A stretch of 61,372 nt of DNA, counting the filler. It is 5 parts of 5 records of this genome, joined end to end, with 100 filler letters (N's around TTAATTAATTAA, not from the genome) between each part and the next. Parts side by side here need not be neighbours in the genome. Positions count along the whole stretch, not along the records: positions 42,578 to 51,084 come from DRR378314_1609; positions 51,185 to 61,372 come from DRR378314_1611; 3 more parts are not named here. One strand, given 5' to 3'. The notes under the pieces are model-generated. The model made no database searches. It was not told the DNA's origin and saw only the letters and a program-made list of their open reading frames with translations. Both the position numbers and the translations under genes were made by a program. This document shows positions 43,885-57,092 of this stretch, one piece after another. Each line of letters starts with the position of its first letter. Position 1 is the first letter of the stretch.

Positions 43885-46800
43885 CTATCGCTTGTACCGC
43901 TGCTGAAAGAGCGGGTGACGGCTGATCGTGCGCCGCTGCGACGCGTCGTACTCCACGTACACGGAGCCGTCCGCGCCCGAGCGCTTGCCGAGCGACTTCC
44001 CCGTGTGACGCACCACGGTCACATCGGCGTTGGCCAGCACGTCAAAGTCCTCCGTCCCTTCGTCCGCTGCAAGCTTGTCGTCTGCAGCGACAACCTGCGC
44101 AAGGAGCTGGAGTTGCTCGTCTTTGCTCTCGTACGCCAGTCCGCGGTCCTTGCAGTGCTCGGTGAGATTGTTGATTACCTTGAACGAGTACCCTTGATCA
44201 ATGAGGAACTGGAAAAGCGGAGCGGAGGAGACGGGAATCGATCAGCAAACAGAACACCGCGCGGCGATCGGCAGCACACGCTCGCAACGCACAATCTCGT
44301 CCCGCACCGCAGCACAATCGTGCAAACACAGTCGCTGCCGCCGATGACACGTCGCTGTCGCCGGTGGAGCAGCACCAGCACCTCGCGTCGCGTCGCCGTG
44401 ACCGCGGCACAGGGTCACCGATCGCACGCATTTCTCGCCGGACACGCACCTGTTGCCGCTTCGACGAATACATCATCTCATCGGTATCCCGCGAAACAAG
44501 GGAGTAGAAAAACGCGTTGAATGCATCGGTCGACTGCTGTTTCGGACGCAGAATGCGCCCCAGGCGCTGCGCTTCCTGGCGACGGGAACCAAAGTGCGAC
44601 GAGATCTGGATGATCACATTCGCCTCGGGCAAATCGATTGCAGTGTCGCCTACTTTGGAGATAAATATGCAATTCAGCATCGGGTTGTGCTGGAACTGGT
44701 GAAGCCACCGCAGTCGCTCCTGCTGTGGCGTCGGTCCGTAAATGTACGGGCGCTTCAGCCTCTTCGCGTACAACTCCAATGCAAACACCTGCGTACATAC
44801 GCGCATTATAAAAGAGGGAGAGAGAGAGAGCATGCGTATGTATATGTGCACGTACGCGGGTGAGAAGAGCGACAACGCCCACGACAGAGAGCGACGGAGA
44901 GCGTGTCCGCGGTCTCGCTGCACGCCGCTCGACTCCGGCGCAGCGTACACGCACATACGTACATCCGCACCAGTGTTCCTCCCGCCACACCACCTCACTG
45001 AACACGTACATTATCACTGAAGACGATCACTTTGTCACCACGCGCTTCGTGGAAGCGAATGAGGAATTCGCACGCCTGGAACTTGGAAGGATTCATGATC
45101 CAGAGGAGCTTCTGCTTCGCGTGCGGAGAGGTGAGGTACTCGCGGTAGAATTCCGGTGTCATATCACACCACACTTCCGCACACGAGACGCGAGCGAGGA
45201 ACCCATCGCGCTGCAGATCCAACCAGTTTGCCTCATACAGCTTGGGTCCGATTAAAAAGTTCAGATCATCAATCAGATCGTCCTCGCGAACCATGGTAGC
45301 GGTCAGTCCCATTCTGCAGTGCGCCTACGCGTACGCAACGCAGAGTCCCCATTCCAAGGAGCGACACACGCGCGCGTAGTACACAGTACGTAGTTCGTGA
45401 ACGAGTGGTGAACGGGCGTGGCGTGGATCGGCGCTTCGGCGCGCGCGTCTGTGTGTGAGAGAGAGATAGAGTGTGTGCGTGTGTGCAGGTCTGTGGTGCG
45501 CGGTGTCACTCGCGCGCGTATCGCGCTTCACTGCCGCGTCGCCGCGCACTCCCACGCGCAAGAACTCGACGGGGTGTGGAATAGCGCGTACACGGGTACT
45601 ACCACACCGCCGGAGCAACAGCGATGGCGGCTTGGGCGTGATTCGCTCGCGCACGGACCTTGGTCACGGCGATGACGCGTCGAAACACCTTGGCCGGTAC
45701 CACGTGCACTTCATCGAGGACACACAGACCCCACTCCGTGCTCGCGAGATACTCCATCATCCGCTGCGACTCCTTTGAACGACCGCGAGCGTGTGACACC
45801 ATCGAATACGTCGAGATAATCACACTCGCCTAATACAGATTGCACAGCAGCGCGCGCGTGCACGTACGAAATCAAGCGGCAGTCAGGCGCGTGGCGGTGC
45901 GAGGGGACACGCACTTTCCCTCCCTCCTCCTCGCGCGCACACGCGCTCACGAGGTGGAATGCTGTGAGAAACAAAGTACAGGAGCGTGCGCGCACACACG
46001 CGCGTGCAAGTGCACACGAGGTCGCGCGCGCGTGACACGTGCTGGTGGGTACACAAGGGGCCGCGTGGAGGCGAGAAGCCGCACAAGGTTCGCTCCCTTG
46101 TCGCCCTCCGCGCCAGCGCACCTCGGTGGGATCGCGCGGGTACTCCTTCCTATCCGAGGTGAACCGGCATATGCGGCGATCATCAATCGTGGTCCACATG
46201 CGCAGCTGGTTCCGCCACTGCTCGACGGAGACGGCGGAGATGGTGAGGATGAGCGACGGCTTCCGCACCGTGGACACGGCGGTGATCCCGACCAGCGTCT
46301 TTCCCGCGCCGCACGGGAGCACCACCGTGCCGGAGCGCGCGCGCCCGTTGGAGAACATCTTCGACAGCGATTTCTCCTGGTACGGCCGCAGTCGCGTCTT
46401 CGGCTGCAGGTCAATGGGGAGCCCAGGCAGACGCGAGTCGTTGCGGAAATCGTACTCCTCCAGCGTAGGCACATCAATGGCAATGCACCGATGCTTCACA
46501 TGCTCCACATGCTCCGCGTTGATTTCGAAGCAAAACACGCTGCGCGGTCCGTCGCGCGCGGCTGCAGCGGCGGCGGTGTCCTCCTCGGTGACGCCGGCGG
46601 CGTCGGCGGCGCGGCGCGCGGCCGCTTCGTCGCTCTCGGCGGCGACCTCGATGATCCCGTCCGCGCCAGCGCCGGGCGAGTCGCGCACAAGCGCCACTTG
46701 CACGTCACGCTCTTGCAAGATACGCTCCAACAGATTGCGCTGGGAAGATTCAATGAAATACTTCGATCGGCGCAGGACGATTTTGACCTTGCCGTACGAC

Positions 46801-47816
46801 GAGGTGCACGCGCGGATGTACTCGGCGACTTCAGGCGGCACGTGGTTCTTCGACAGCTTCTCCAGCACAGACGTGATCGTCTCCGTTTCCAGACCGATCG
46901 AGACGGCCGAGAACAGCGAGTACGCTGACAGCTGGTACTCGTGCACGTGTTCCGGACGCGACACTGGGTCGGACACGGCAACGAGGAAATCGTACGCTTG
47001 CTGGTATAGCGGTGAGAACGCCTCGAGGAAAATCCGCAGATCCGGGCACACCCATATCGGTCGCACCGTGTGATCTTCTTTCAGAGACAGCGACGAAAAA
47101 TCACCGCACTGAAAGAGGCTCGAGAGGGCGTTCCGCGAGTGTTCCCCGTCGCGGCGGACAGTGGGTGGTGCAGGCGCACGCGGAGCTCCGTCCACGCGCG
47201 GGAGCCTGAGTGAGAGCTTCGGCACTGCGCGCAGCACCGGAAACGCACCGCGGCGGAAGCCAAGGCGCACAAGAAGAAGCCAAGGCGCACAAGAAGCGCA
47301 GGGCGGAGAACGAGTGCGAGCGGATACTGTCAGCGCGAGCGACCAGCACGCTGCCAAGGTATGCTCTCATGTCACGAGCAATCGCGCCCCATGTAGCTCA
47401 TGGACCACGCCGTGAAACTACAAAGAGCAACTAGAGGCAATGAAGAGTACATAGAAGAACAGGAGCTCACTGGAAGGACAGAAAGAGAGAGCAGGGAGGG
47501 ACGAGAGGGAAACGAAATACGACCGCAAACGCGCGCGCGGAGCAACTGCAGCACTATCCTCGCAGCACGCGCAGGCAAGGAACAGATAGAGATACAAGCA
47601 AAGCTGCACCCTGCCCGCTCTCGACCCCGCACGCTAGCTGTTTGACACAAGTGTATGCTATTGCACGCACGCGTAACACGCTTCGAAAGAAGCAGCCCGT
47701 GCGCGTGTGTGCGGTAAGCGGTTTCGCGGCGCGCAGGACGCACCGCGCTCGCCGTCGTCCGAGCCACCACTGGACGAACCGCTCCACTCCGACTCCGAGC
47801 TTCCCGCGCTGCTTTC
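43885..47816 (-). CDS. XPB: Eukaryotic TFIIH helicase XPB (ERCC3/SSL2), spliced; first exon unresolved
   Basis: Phase-consistent GT-AG exons: 47816-47744 (tentative), 47224-46122, 45829-45659, 45324-45010, 44788-44450, 44208-43885. Motifs [75 protein letters not shown]. Candidate ATG at 47897. Confidence 0.93.
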
Positions 47817-49569
47817 CTGCTTTCGGACGAGGGACGAATTAGATAGGTTGTGTACATAGGAACGCACGTATTCGCGCGCGATCCACACGTCCACCATGAT
47901 TGTCACATGCAGGGTGTACCGCGTACTGATCGGAAGAGCGAGTGAATGCACGGAGTCCGCACTCGTACCCGCAGCGAGTGCAGTTCTGGCGAAAAAAAGA
48001 AGGCTTCTCTGCGACCGCAATCTCCATGGTGGCAACACAGTATCATTTCATGAAAAAAGTACCATCGCCAGTAGAGCTTGAGGCGAGGCAACGTGCCGCT
48101 GCGAGCACACTGGAACCCGAGAGCGTACCTCTCTCGCTGTGGCGTTGGCGCTCGTGCGCGCTCGCTTCTTCTCCGCGGCGCCACCGCCTGCGAGGAGCAC
48201 AGCGGACGCGAGGGCGGAGCACGACGGCGACGCCAGCGATCATGCGCACGACGCGTAGACAGAGACGAAGCAAGGGAACGTACGCTAGTGGCTCGAGCTG
48301 CACTGTCTCGTTGCAGGGAACTCGCTATGCGTGCGCGCGGGAGCGACGGCGCACACGCGCGCATGGCGCCGCGAGGACGGGCGCACGCACGCACCTTGGC
48401 TGCGCTGCCGCACACGGATCGAGAGCTGCGGCGCGCTGCTCCTCGCCATGGACACGACCACCGAGCACCAGCAGCTATGCCAGTACGAACAGTCCAGAGG
48501 GAAACGGGATGCGCGCCGATGCACCGCTACACTACTGCGAACGAAGAGTCAGCGCGGAAGTTGGCGGGGAAAGCGCACTCCAGCAGCGCGTCGCGCACCG
48601 AAGTTCGCCACGCGGCGCTGCATCACGATACTTTTGACCCTACTTACATTAGACTTACTAATCTACAAAATATCAATTGTCACTTTATCAAAGTCAAACT
48701 GATAGAGGTTTCCGATCCATGAGGAGGACGCCGGTGCCTATACCCTACCATGCGAACTTGTCCGCTGTCGCGCTGCCAGTTTCCCGCGTCGCGCGCGTCG
48801 TGACCGCCGCGGAAAGGAGGCACAGACGCGTTCGCGCTATCTCTTTGGAAGAGCCGGCCTACCGCCAAAAGTCTTTAGGAGAATCACGCTCCAGCGCGCT
48901 TCGTAGACTGCATGTTTGTCGTTTCTGTGTAGCGAGGGCGTGAGCTTCCGCAGTTTGGCCTGGCGGTGGTTGCAGTCACTTTCAGTTCGACTCCTGTTCG
49001 GCCGGCTACGCATTTGCTGCCGCCGCGAGCGAAATCGGAGTCGTCGCGCGGTGTATACAATCGCAGAGAACACATCCAGGACAGCTACTTTATGGTTTTG
49101 ACTGCACTTTTGTTTCCCGTAGCTCCTCTTCTGTTACTGTATCAGGACCAGCGGCATTTCCGGTGCCCACTTGGAGGTCGCGATGGGTGACCCCGACGCG
49201 CCGGCGCGGCCAGCCGACGAGCCCGCGCACGCACCGACTACCCCGGCCTCCGTGCGGCGCGTTGCGCTGCGACTCCAACAAAGTATTGAAAGCCCGAGCT
49301 CTCGAATTAAAGATGTACGCTGAACAACGATGTAGGGCAGGGCGCTCATGCTGCGGCTCCGCGGGCCATCCAGCTGCGCCACTCTCCGCCAGCCCCTAAA
49401 GATCCCCCCCAGCAGCTGCTGCGGCAGCGGCACCACCACCAGCACGCACTCCCGCCGCTGTACAAACCCTGTACCCGCTCACGCTCTTACGCAGAAAGGT
49501 TACGGCGAGTGTTTTTACGCAGTGTCCGTCTCTCATATGGGGTGTGCGTGCGCTGCTGCTTATAAACAG

Positions 49570-50978
49570 CGCTCGTTTGGCTCCGACGAGGAGCTTGCGC
49601 GCGAGCTTGCGCGGCTGGAGGTGGAGGGTCTGCAGGCAGCGCGCACGTTTGACAAGGTGCAAGCGCGCGCGTCCGCGGCCGCCGCGCGCGACCTCGCCGC
49701 GGGTACGCGCGATGTCATTGAGCTCTCTGCATGCGGCTGTGCAGTGGACGCATCGGAGCTGCGCGCCACCGTGCTCGAGTGGATGCAGCGCAGAGCGTTT
49801 GTTCGCTGCCCGGTGATCCCGTGCCCGAGCGCGCACTGCTACGACTACCTTACCCGCGCCGACATCGAGGTGCGCTGCGGCGCACTTTCCGCCCGCACAC
49901 AGCTCCCCTCGCGCATGCACAGCCACTGGAACGCATGTGCACATATTGAGTACTGCTGTATGTACCACCGACTGCGTGCAGGCTGCGCTGGACATGGATG
50001 AGTTCGAGGCGTATGAAGCGCTTCTGAGTCGTGCGCTTCTCGCCCAGCGCGCGTCGACATCGATGTGCCCGCAGTGCGGCCACGCCGTTGAATTTCACGC
50101 CACCGCCACCAGTGACCCCGCCAGCTCGCGCCTGCGGTGCCGCCACTGCAATGTGACGTACTGCACCGCGTGCGGCGCGTCACCGTTCCACGAGGGCCTG
50201 TCGTGCGGCGACTACCGCGCGCTCCAGTCTGCGCCGCCGTGTCGCTTCTGCCGGCGTCCAGCGCGCCGCGACGCGAGCGACAGGTTCACAGACACGTGCG
50301 AAGCGCCAGAGTGTGCCCGTGCGCTCGCCGCGTGCTGTGCAGTGCGTCTAGCATGTGGGCACCGGTGTGCACAGGCCGTCGGGCACGATCCCGCGCCACA
50401 CGCGTGCCTGGCGTGCGGCGGCGGCGGCGGCGAGGACGAGAGCGAGGGCGCCCGCGGCGACGAGCTCTGCGCGCTGTGCATGGTCGACGAGCTCCGCGCG
50501 ATGCCGTGCGTGTTCCTCTCGTGCGGACACGTTGTACACTTGGCGTGTATGCAACAGCGCCTTGAGCAGCGCTGGAGCACGGCATTTGTATCGTTTGGGT
50601 TCTTGGGGTGTCCAGTGTGCCACGCACGCTTGTGCCATCCGCTCCTGCAGGACGCGGTCGACGAGCTCACAGCGGTCGAAGACGCGCTCCATGTACGTGG
50701 CACCGGCGCCAACAAAAAAAAACACACGCAGTGTACTTCCGACACGCCGCATATGCCGAGATACGGTGCACCTTAGACAAACACTGCACCGCTTGGCACT
50801 GCGTGTGTCACAGGATCGCCGCTGCGTCCGCTGTCCGTCGCTGCCGCTGCGCCGCGTCCAGGACCGCATCCGGCAGCGCCTCGCCCGCGAGCGACGCTGC
50901 AACGCGACGGCGGTGTCGACAGCGGACGTGCGCGCGGCGCTGCGCAAGTACGCATACTACGAATGCAGTGCGTGCAAG
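49570..50978 (+). CDS. Eukaryotic E3 ubiquitin ligase: degenerate RING1-like + IBR fused to MYCBP2/PHR-type RING-H2 region; partial at both ends
   Basis: Exons 49570-49869, 49982-50692, 50862-50978 (all phase 0). IBR CPQC..CRHC...CTAC..PFHEGLSC; then LACGHRC, DELCALCMVDEL..LSCGHVVHLAC..LEQRW..SFGFLGCPVC..HPLL..KYAYYECSACK. Confidence 0.8.
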
Positions 50979-51084
50979 GTACGGCGCTGCGCAAGAACGC
51001 GTGCTGCGAATGCAGTGCGTGCAAAGGTACGGCGCTGTGCTCTAAAGCGCTCGCCGCGCACGGCAGCGGTGCGCGAACCGGCTC

Positions 51085-51184
51085 NNNNNNNNNNNNNNNN
51101 NNNNNNNNNNNNNNNNNNNNNNNNNNNNTTAATTAATTAANNNNNNNNNNNNNNNNNNNNNNNNNNNNNNNNNNNNNNNNNNNN
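51085..51184. other. Artificial contig-joining spacer
   Basis: N44-TTAATTAATTAA-N44. Confidence 0.97.
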
Positions 51185-51284
51185 GTGGTGTCACATGCAC
51201 GCTGCTGCCGTACGCACGCGCTTCGGGCGGACCGGTTCTGTTCGTCACTCCGGTTCACGTTTTGCGTTTGTTGTTGTCGTGCAG

Positions 51285-54078
51285 CGCGCCAAAGTACACA
51301 CCCGTGTACGCATGCGCAATTGCCATCGTGAATACGAAGATGCCGGAAACCGGAGAACTCTTGCTGAAGCGGCTCGTGCATCAGTTCCGCCGCGCGTATA
51401 AACGCAACGACAAGCACGTGTGCGTGGGACTCGCAACCTTCCTCGCTCATCTTGTCAACTATCAGGTTGCACACGAAATCCTCGCGTTGCAGCTGCTCAC
51501 GATCCTCCTGGAAAAGCCCACGGACGACTCTGTTGAGGTGCGTCAAGTACCATTGGGCATACGTAGGTACTTCACGCGCGTCAATGTTTGCACAACGAGA
51601 CGGAGTGCTAGCACTTCACTCGCGTGTGTAGATGCGCGTGCTTGTGTCCGCTCAAGAGTATTCTGCTTGTACGGATGCTGATTAGGTTATTATGTGCCGT
51701 CATTTTGGATCGCCTGTGCGAGAACGATTACGATTACTCTCTGAACTGGGTGCTTTCCCCCCTCGCTCTACTCGCTCTCTCTTCCTCATGGATGCCTGTT
51801 TCCGCGCTTATCCGCTGGTGTTCTGTAGATTGCTGTGGAGTTCACAAAGGAATGCGGTGCGATGCTGAACGAAATCACTCCGCAAGGATTGCATGCGATC
51901 TTTGAACGTTTCCGCGCCATCCTTCACGAAGGAGCGTTGGATGTGCGAACGCAGTATGTAATCGAGGTACGTGCTGCTGTGCGCACAACAGTATTCCGAT
52001 GTGTGCTTTCTTGAGGATTTGGTCGCTGCTGCGTGGAGTGCACGGTCTAGCGCGAACAGTATGGTGCAATGTGTGTGTGCGCCGTGACTCTTTCTCCTTA
52101 CCGTTGTTCCTTGGCTACTTCCGATTCCAACTGCACTGCACGATGGCGATAACACAGGGACTTTTTGCCGTTCGTAAGGCGGGATTTGCCGAGTACGTTG
52201 CGGTGAAGCCGGAACTGGATCTGGTAGAATCCGAGGACCAAATCACCCACGAGGTTTCCTTTGATGACGACATTGACGTGGAGCAGAACCTCGGTACGGT
52301 ACTTGGTGGTATTACACGCACTGCGAGCACAGCATATTCGTTGGTGCGACTGTTTTCGTTGCTTTTTTAACTTTCTTTGGCGCGCTGCGGACCTGCATTC
52401 CGAATACGTTGTGCGTGGTCTTGCGTTGGGGTGTCCTGTGATGATGGGAAGAACGTGACTGAGCTTTTCTCCGGGTGCTCCTATGAGCCTCGTTGGAACT
52501 CAATCTATGAGCGTTTCACTTAATTCAAGTCTCTGAGGTTATCCCCTGGTTTCATACGCACTGCATGATATGTTCATGGTTGTATGCATGAGAATGAGTG
52601 TGTATGTGTGCTCGCTTGGCGCGTGAATCGGTGCTCACGAAAGTGGTGTGGTGCGCTATACGGACACGTGTAGATTATTTCCGCGAGGATGCGGACTTTG
52701 AGGCAAACGAGGCTGCGTATGCGGAGTTGCGCAAAGATATCCTCGGTGGTGATGAAGGTAGTGATGAAGAAGGCAGCGGCAGTGGCAGTGGCAGTGGCGA
52801 GAGTGACAGTGATGACGATGATGATGACGAGGATGACGATGAGGATGGAAACGCTGCATCTACGAGTGCTGGCCAGCCGTTGAAGACACAGGTTATCCAG
52901 GATGCCACAGGGACGAATATAGTCAACCTGCGGAAGACGATATACCTGACCATTATGAGTTCAGCGTCGTTTGAGGAGTGTGTACATAAGCTCCTGCGGC
53001 TGCAGGTTCCCGTACAGCTCCAGGACGAGATGTGCAAGATGGTGATTGAGTGCTGTTCGCAAGAGCGCACATACATCCGGTTCTACGGTCTACTCGGAGA
53101 GCGTCTGTGCAGTGTGCACAAATCGTACCAGGTACGACATCGTTACCGCGCAGTTGTACCACTACGCGTGGGAGAGCGGTGAGCTGTGTTTCAAAGGTCT
53201 GTGGGTAGTAGTCGCTGGCATCGCCGTACGTGGTATTGAACGCGGTGGCTTTGCATCGCTCCGCGTCGTCACCTTGGAGCGGAGCGCGAGCATCGCGTTG
53301 TGCGTCGTACACGGACGTGTGGAAGCGAGAGGTGAGTGGGGTCGCCGACGAAGAGGTGTATGGCTACATGCATCGTATGCAGCAGGCTCATCGCTGTTGG
53401 TTTCTCTTTTTCCTCCTCTGGTTCCTTGTTGTGCGCGCGCAGGAGTGCTTTGGAGCGCTCTTCCAGGAGCACTACGGAATGATTCACCGGTTCGAGACCA
53501 ACAAGCTGCGGAACATTGCGAAGCTCTTCGCCCACTTGCTGCATTCCGATGCAATTCCGTGGACGGTGTTCAGCTGTATCCGTATGACTGAACAGGACAC
53601 GACCGCGTCATCGCGTATTTTTGTAAAAATTGTGTTTCAGGAACTCGCAGAGTTTCTCGGTATTCCCAAGTTGCGTGAGCGTCTGGCGGATCCGTTTATG
53701 CAGGAAAGTTTCGCTGGGCTATTCCCCAAGGATCACCCGCGGAACGCCAGATTCTCCATCAACTTCTTCACGGCGATTGGACTCGGTGCCATCACGGAGG
53801 AAATGCGTGAATGGCTCAAGAACGCCCCACGCATGATCCCGACGGAAGTGGATCTATCGTCCGAGTCCGACTCAGAGTCGAGCTCCGCGTCGTCAAGCTC
53901 GTACTCGTCGAGCGCGAGCAGCTCGTCGCGATCGTACTCGGGGTCCTCATCCTCGCCCAGCCGATCACCGTCGCGTTCTGCGTCGCGCTCGCCTCGTCGT
54001 GGTCGCCGCCGCGCAGCATCGCGCTCACGCTCGCGCTCACGCTCGCAGGACCGCGCGAAGCGTTCGCGCCGCTCGTAG
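51285..54078 (+). CDS. CWC22: Pre-mRNA splicing factor CWC22 (MIF4G + MA3), spliced, 5'-partial
   Basis: Exons 51285-51537, 51829-51966, 52158-52293, 52674-53131, 53443-54078. Motifs [77 protein letters not shown]-rich tail. Confidence 0.94.
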
Positions 54079-54332
54079 GGCGAGTGGGGAGTGCGCGTGC
54101 GGTGCGCTCGCTTGGGGAACGGCCACGGCACACCCGCCGTCGGGACTTGACTTGTATTGTAAATGGGATACGATTGTATGTAAGATACTTGATCGATGGC
54201 CGCGTCGATGCGCCGCCTCCGTGCTCGCCACGGGGTGTATGTGTGTGAGCGCCGGAGCCGTACGTGTGATGTACTCGGGCGGCATCGTACAATGTGACGG
54301 AATAAACGGCTCGCTCGTCCGATGCAGCGGTA

Positions 54333-55975
54333 CTACTGCACCGCGAGCTCGTCGCTGAGTGGCTGCTGCTCGATTTCGCGGTGCGTGGGCTCCGGCGGAG
54401 CGGGTGCGCCGCCGCGGAACCTGCAGGGCAAGCGCGGGAGCGGGAGCGGGAGCGTGAGCACGCGCGCGGCACCGCGAGCGTGTGTGCGCGCGTGATCCGG
54501 CGCAACGCACCTGTGCCACGCCTCTTTGTACATGGCGAACAGCCTCGGCTGCATTCCGTCTGCGAGCGCGGCGGAGCGGTAGCGAGCGCGGGTGAGCACG
54601 AGTGTCGGCGGCCGCTGCGACACGCGCGACACGCACACGCGCTACGCACGCGCACTGCGCTCACGTGAACAACACACGATCATCTCCCTCCCTTTCCCCT
54701 TTTCCCCCGTCCCTGCTCGCCCCGGCGCCGGACCGCTCGCAGATCGCGTGTGCGCTTCTCCCGTACACGCGCAGGGAAGAGCGCGCCGTGGCGCCGCGGG
54801 GAGCGGGGAGCGTTGCAGACGTACATATCACAGCGTTTGCAGCACCTGTCCCCGTGCGATCAATGAGAGGTCAAGCGCGTATCCGTTGTACAGTGTGCGT
54901 GTGCATACACGTGAACACGAGCGCACGGAGACGTCGAGTGCGCGTTAGCGTTGCGCGCCGTGCAGCGCGCAGAGCAGCGGAAGAGAGCGCGCGATGAAGA
55001 GTACGCGCCCCACTACCGCTTGTGCCGAGGTGCCAGCACGCGTCGTGTGTGCGTAGAAATATGTATGCACGCTCGTACGCACAGATGCGTGTAGGAATAC
55101 AGTTGCACAGTTTGCTAGCGCAGCTGCCAGTGCACAGAGCAGAGCGCCGCGCCGCGCTCCGCCACAGCGCGTGGCGCTCTCTCCGCAAGTAAAGGGAAGC
55201 GCGCGCATTAGTGCGCACCTTGCAACGGAGAAAAGAATGCCTGCAATGCAAAGAGCTCAAAGTTTTCGTCCCCAGAGATCAACGCGTGAAAACGGTTGAT
55301 AACAGACCAGACGCGGACGAAGAAGAACGCCGCCACGTAGCGCGCTACACGCGCCTCGACCTGCGCGCGCGTCTGGCGCGCACGCGTCGACTCCTCCTTC
55401 GACATTCCAGAGGCGTCCGAGAAGACCGAGCGAATTTTGCGCAAGACCAGCGCGTACAGAACTACTGTGATACCCAGTGATATGATGAGCGGTCCGTAGA
55501 AAGTGACGTATCGCAGGACGGTGCACGTGCCTCCGCTGCGTATCCAGCACCACGGTCCTGCGTCGCCATAGCAGTCTGTGGCGCTCACCGGAATCGCAGC
55601 ACAAAGCGAGAGCGACCATACGCACACGTGTGCATACACAAGATCACGACGACCAACCTCTTTACCACGAACCACCTTTCGATACAGGAGGACGGCTAGC
55701 GAGACCACCCAGAAGAACGAAGCAAGCTCGAAGAACTGGCTCGTCCAGCCCTGCGCCTTGCACGTCGAGCCCTCGTCCATTGGGAAGAAGTACGAAATTG
55801 ACGACGCGAGATCGCTCAGCGTCAAAAACAACACAATATGGGTGACATTTGTCCGCAATGATCGGAACAGCGTGAATGATAACACAATGAACAGGCATCC
55901 TGCCACACTAAGCGACGCGGAAACATTCCGGAGGTCGCGCAGAACGCGGTGCTGCTCTGCCGTGAAGTCGTCCAT
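54333..55975 (-). CDS. cAMP-receptor-like (Dicty_CAR/GCR1/Crl family) 7TM GPCR, spliced
   Basis: Exons 55975-55219, 54845-54825, 54559-54511, 54420-54333. Motifs SLSVAGCLFIV, LSDL, CKAQG, ASFFW, YGDAGPWCWI, FYGPL; spliced TM7 reads SPLQGAANAVIYG. Confidence 0.85.
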
Positions 55976-57092
55976 GCTGGCGCTGACGGCGCAAGCTCAC
56001 GCCCGCACGGCCGCGCAGCCACTGCAGTGCGCTTTCCGCGCGCGCCTGTTGTCCGGAGCGGGAAAAGAGGGTCACAGGAGAGACCCTGCAAAGCTGCTAC
56101 GCAAAGTACTATGTCCGAGTGCTTCGCAAGGAGCTCGTGCGCTCCAGCCGAGCACGGAGCGCACGGTGTCCGCGCGACGCTGCGCTCGCCCGCCGCGACG
56201 GAGCGCGAGCAGCGCGATACCAGCCCGAGGCACGCCGGCGCCAACCGAGCCGTGCGAATGACGGTTCCCAATACTCCGCAGCACCACGTACGCAACTAGA
56301 GTACCGCAAGAGCACTCGTATGCACACACGTACGCCCGACGCAACGCCCAAGCACCGGAGCACAGCACTGGTTTCCGCACACCGCCCGCAGCGCCCAGGA
56401 GCTCGCAGGTGCGTGACGCGCGCCCGCAGTGCGCGCGTCACCAGGCCCGCTATCATCGGTTATCAAACTAGGCTCACACGAACCAGGAAAGCAGCGAGGG
56501 GTCGCTCTATCGATGGTTGGGATACTAGGGTGTTATGGGTGTCCTGGTTGCGCTCGCGCAGGCGGCGACACGCGGACCGCGCGCGAGAACGCGCTGCGCA
56601 AGGGAAGGGGATGTAACCCCTGAGCATAGACAGTGCATACGTGGATACGGGAAAAAGTTGGAGCGATGAATTTCAGGGTTCGTACTCCGGGTAAAGACAC
56701 AACAGCGCCTGGGGTCGTCTTCCCGCAGCGCGCGAGTGCGCCTGTCCGAGACACTGCCAAGGCGCTACGTTGCTATCTCGTTGTATTCCAACTCGGGCTA
56801 TTCGACCCCTTAGAGCGATAGCAGTGCAATTTTTACCAAGTACGAATTTCCGCTCCGCATTCCGCCAAAAAAGAATAACAAGTCAGCGAGGAAAGCGGCG
56901 GCGCATACCGTACGGTTCGATGAGGAAGCCCGACCAGGCAACAGCGGATCGCGGTGCAGACCTCGCCAACTTTCCGCCAGAAACGTGCCGGCGATAAACA
57001 AGATAAAAACCGACAAGTGGGACCGTGTGGGGAAGAATGACATTCAGTCCACACCGGTCTTCCCTTCCCAGCACCGACTCTTCTTTCCTCCT

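Noticed and set aside
47900-49569. ORFs between XPB and the E3 ligase, including an AT-rich patch at about 48630-48705
   Set aside because: Low-complexity Arg/Ala/Cys translations typical of non-coding GC-rich DNA. The region probably holds promoters and unresolved 5' exons.
56620-56720. tRNA or Pol III B-box-like GGTTCGTACTCC
   Set aside because: Spacing is off by one and no cloverleaf or acceptor stem can be folded.
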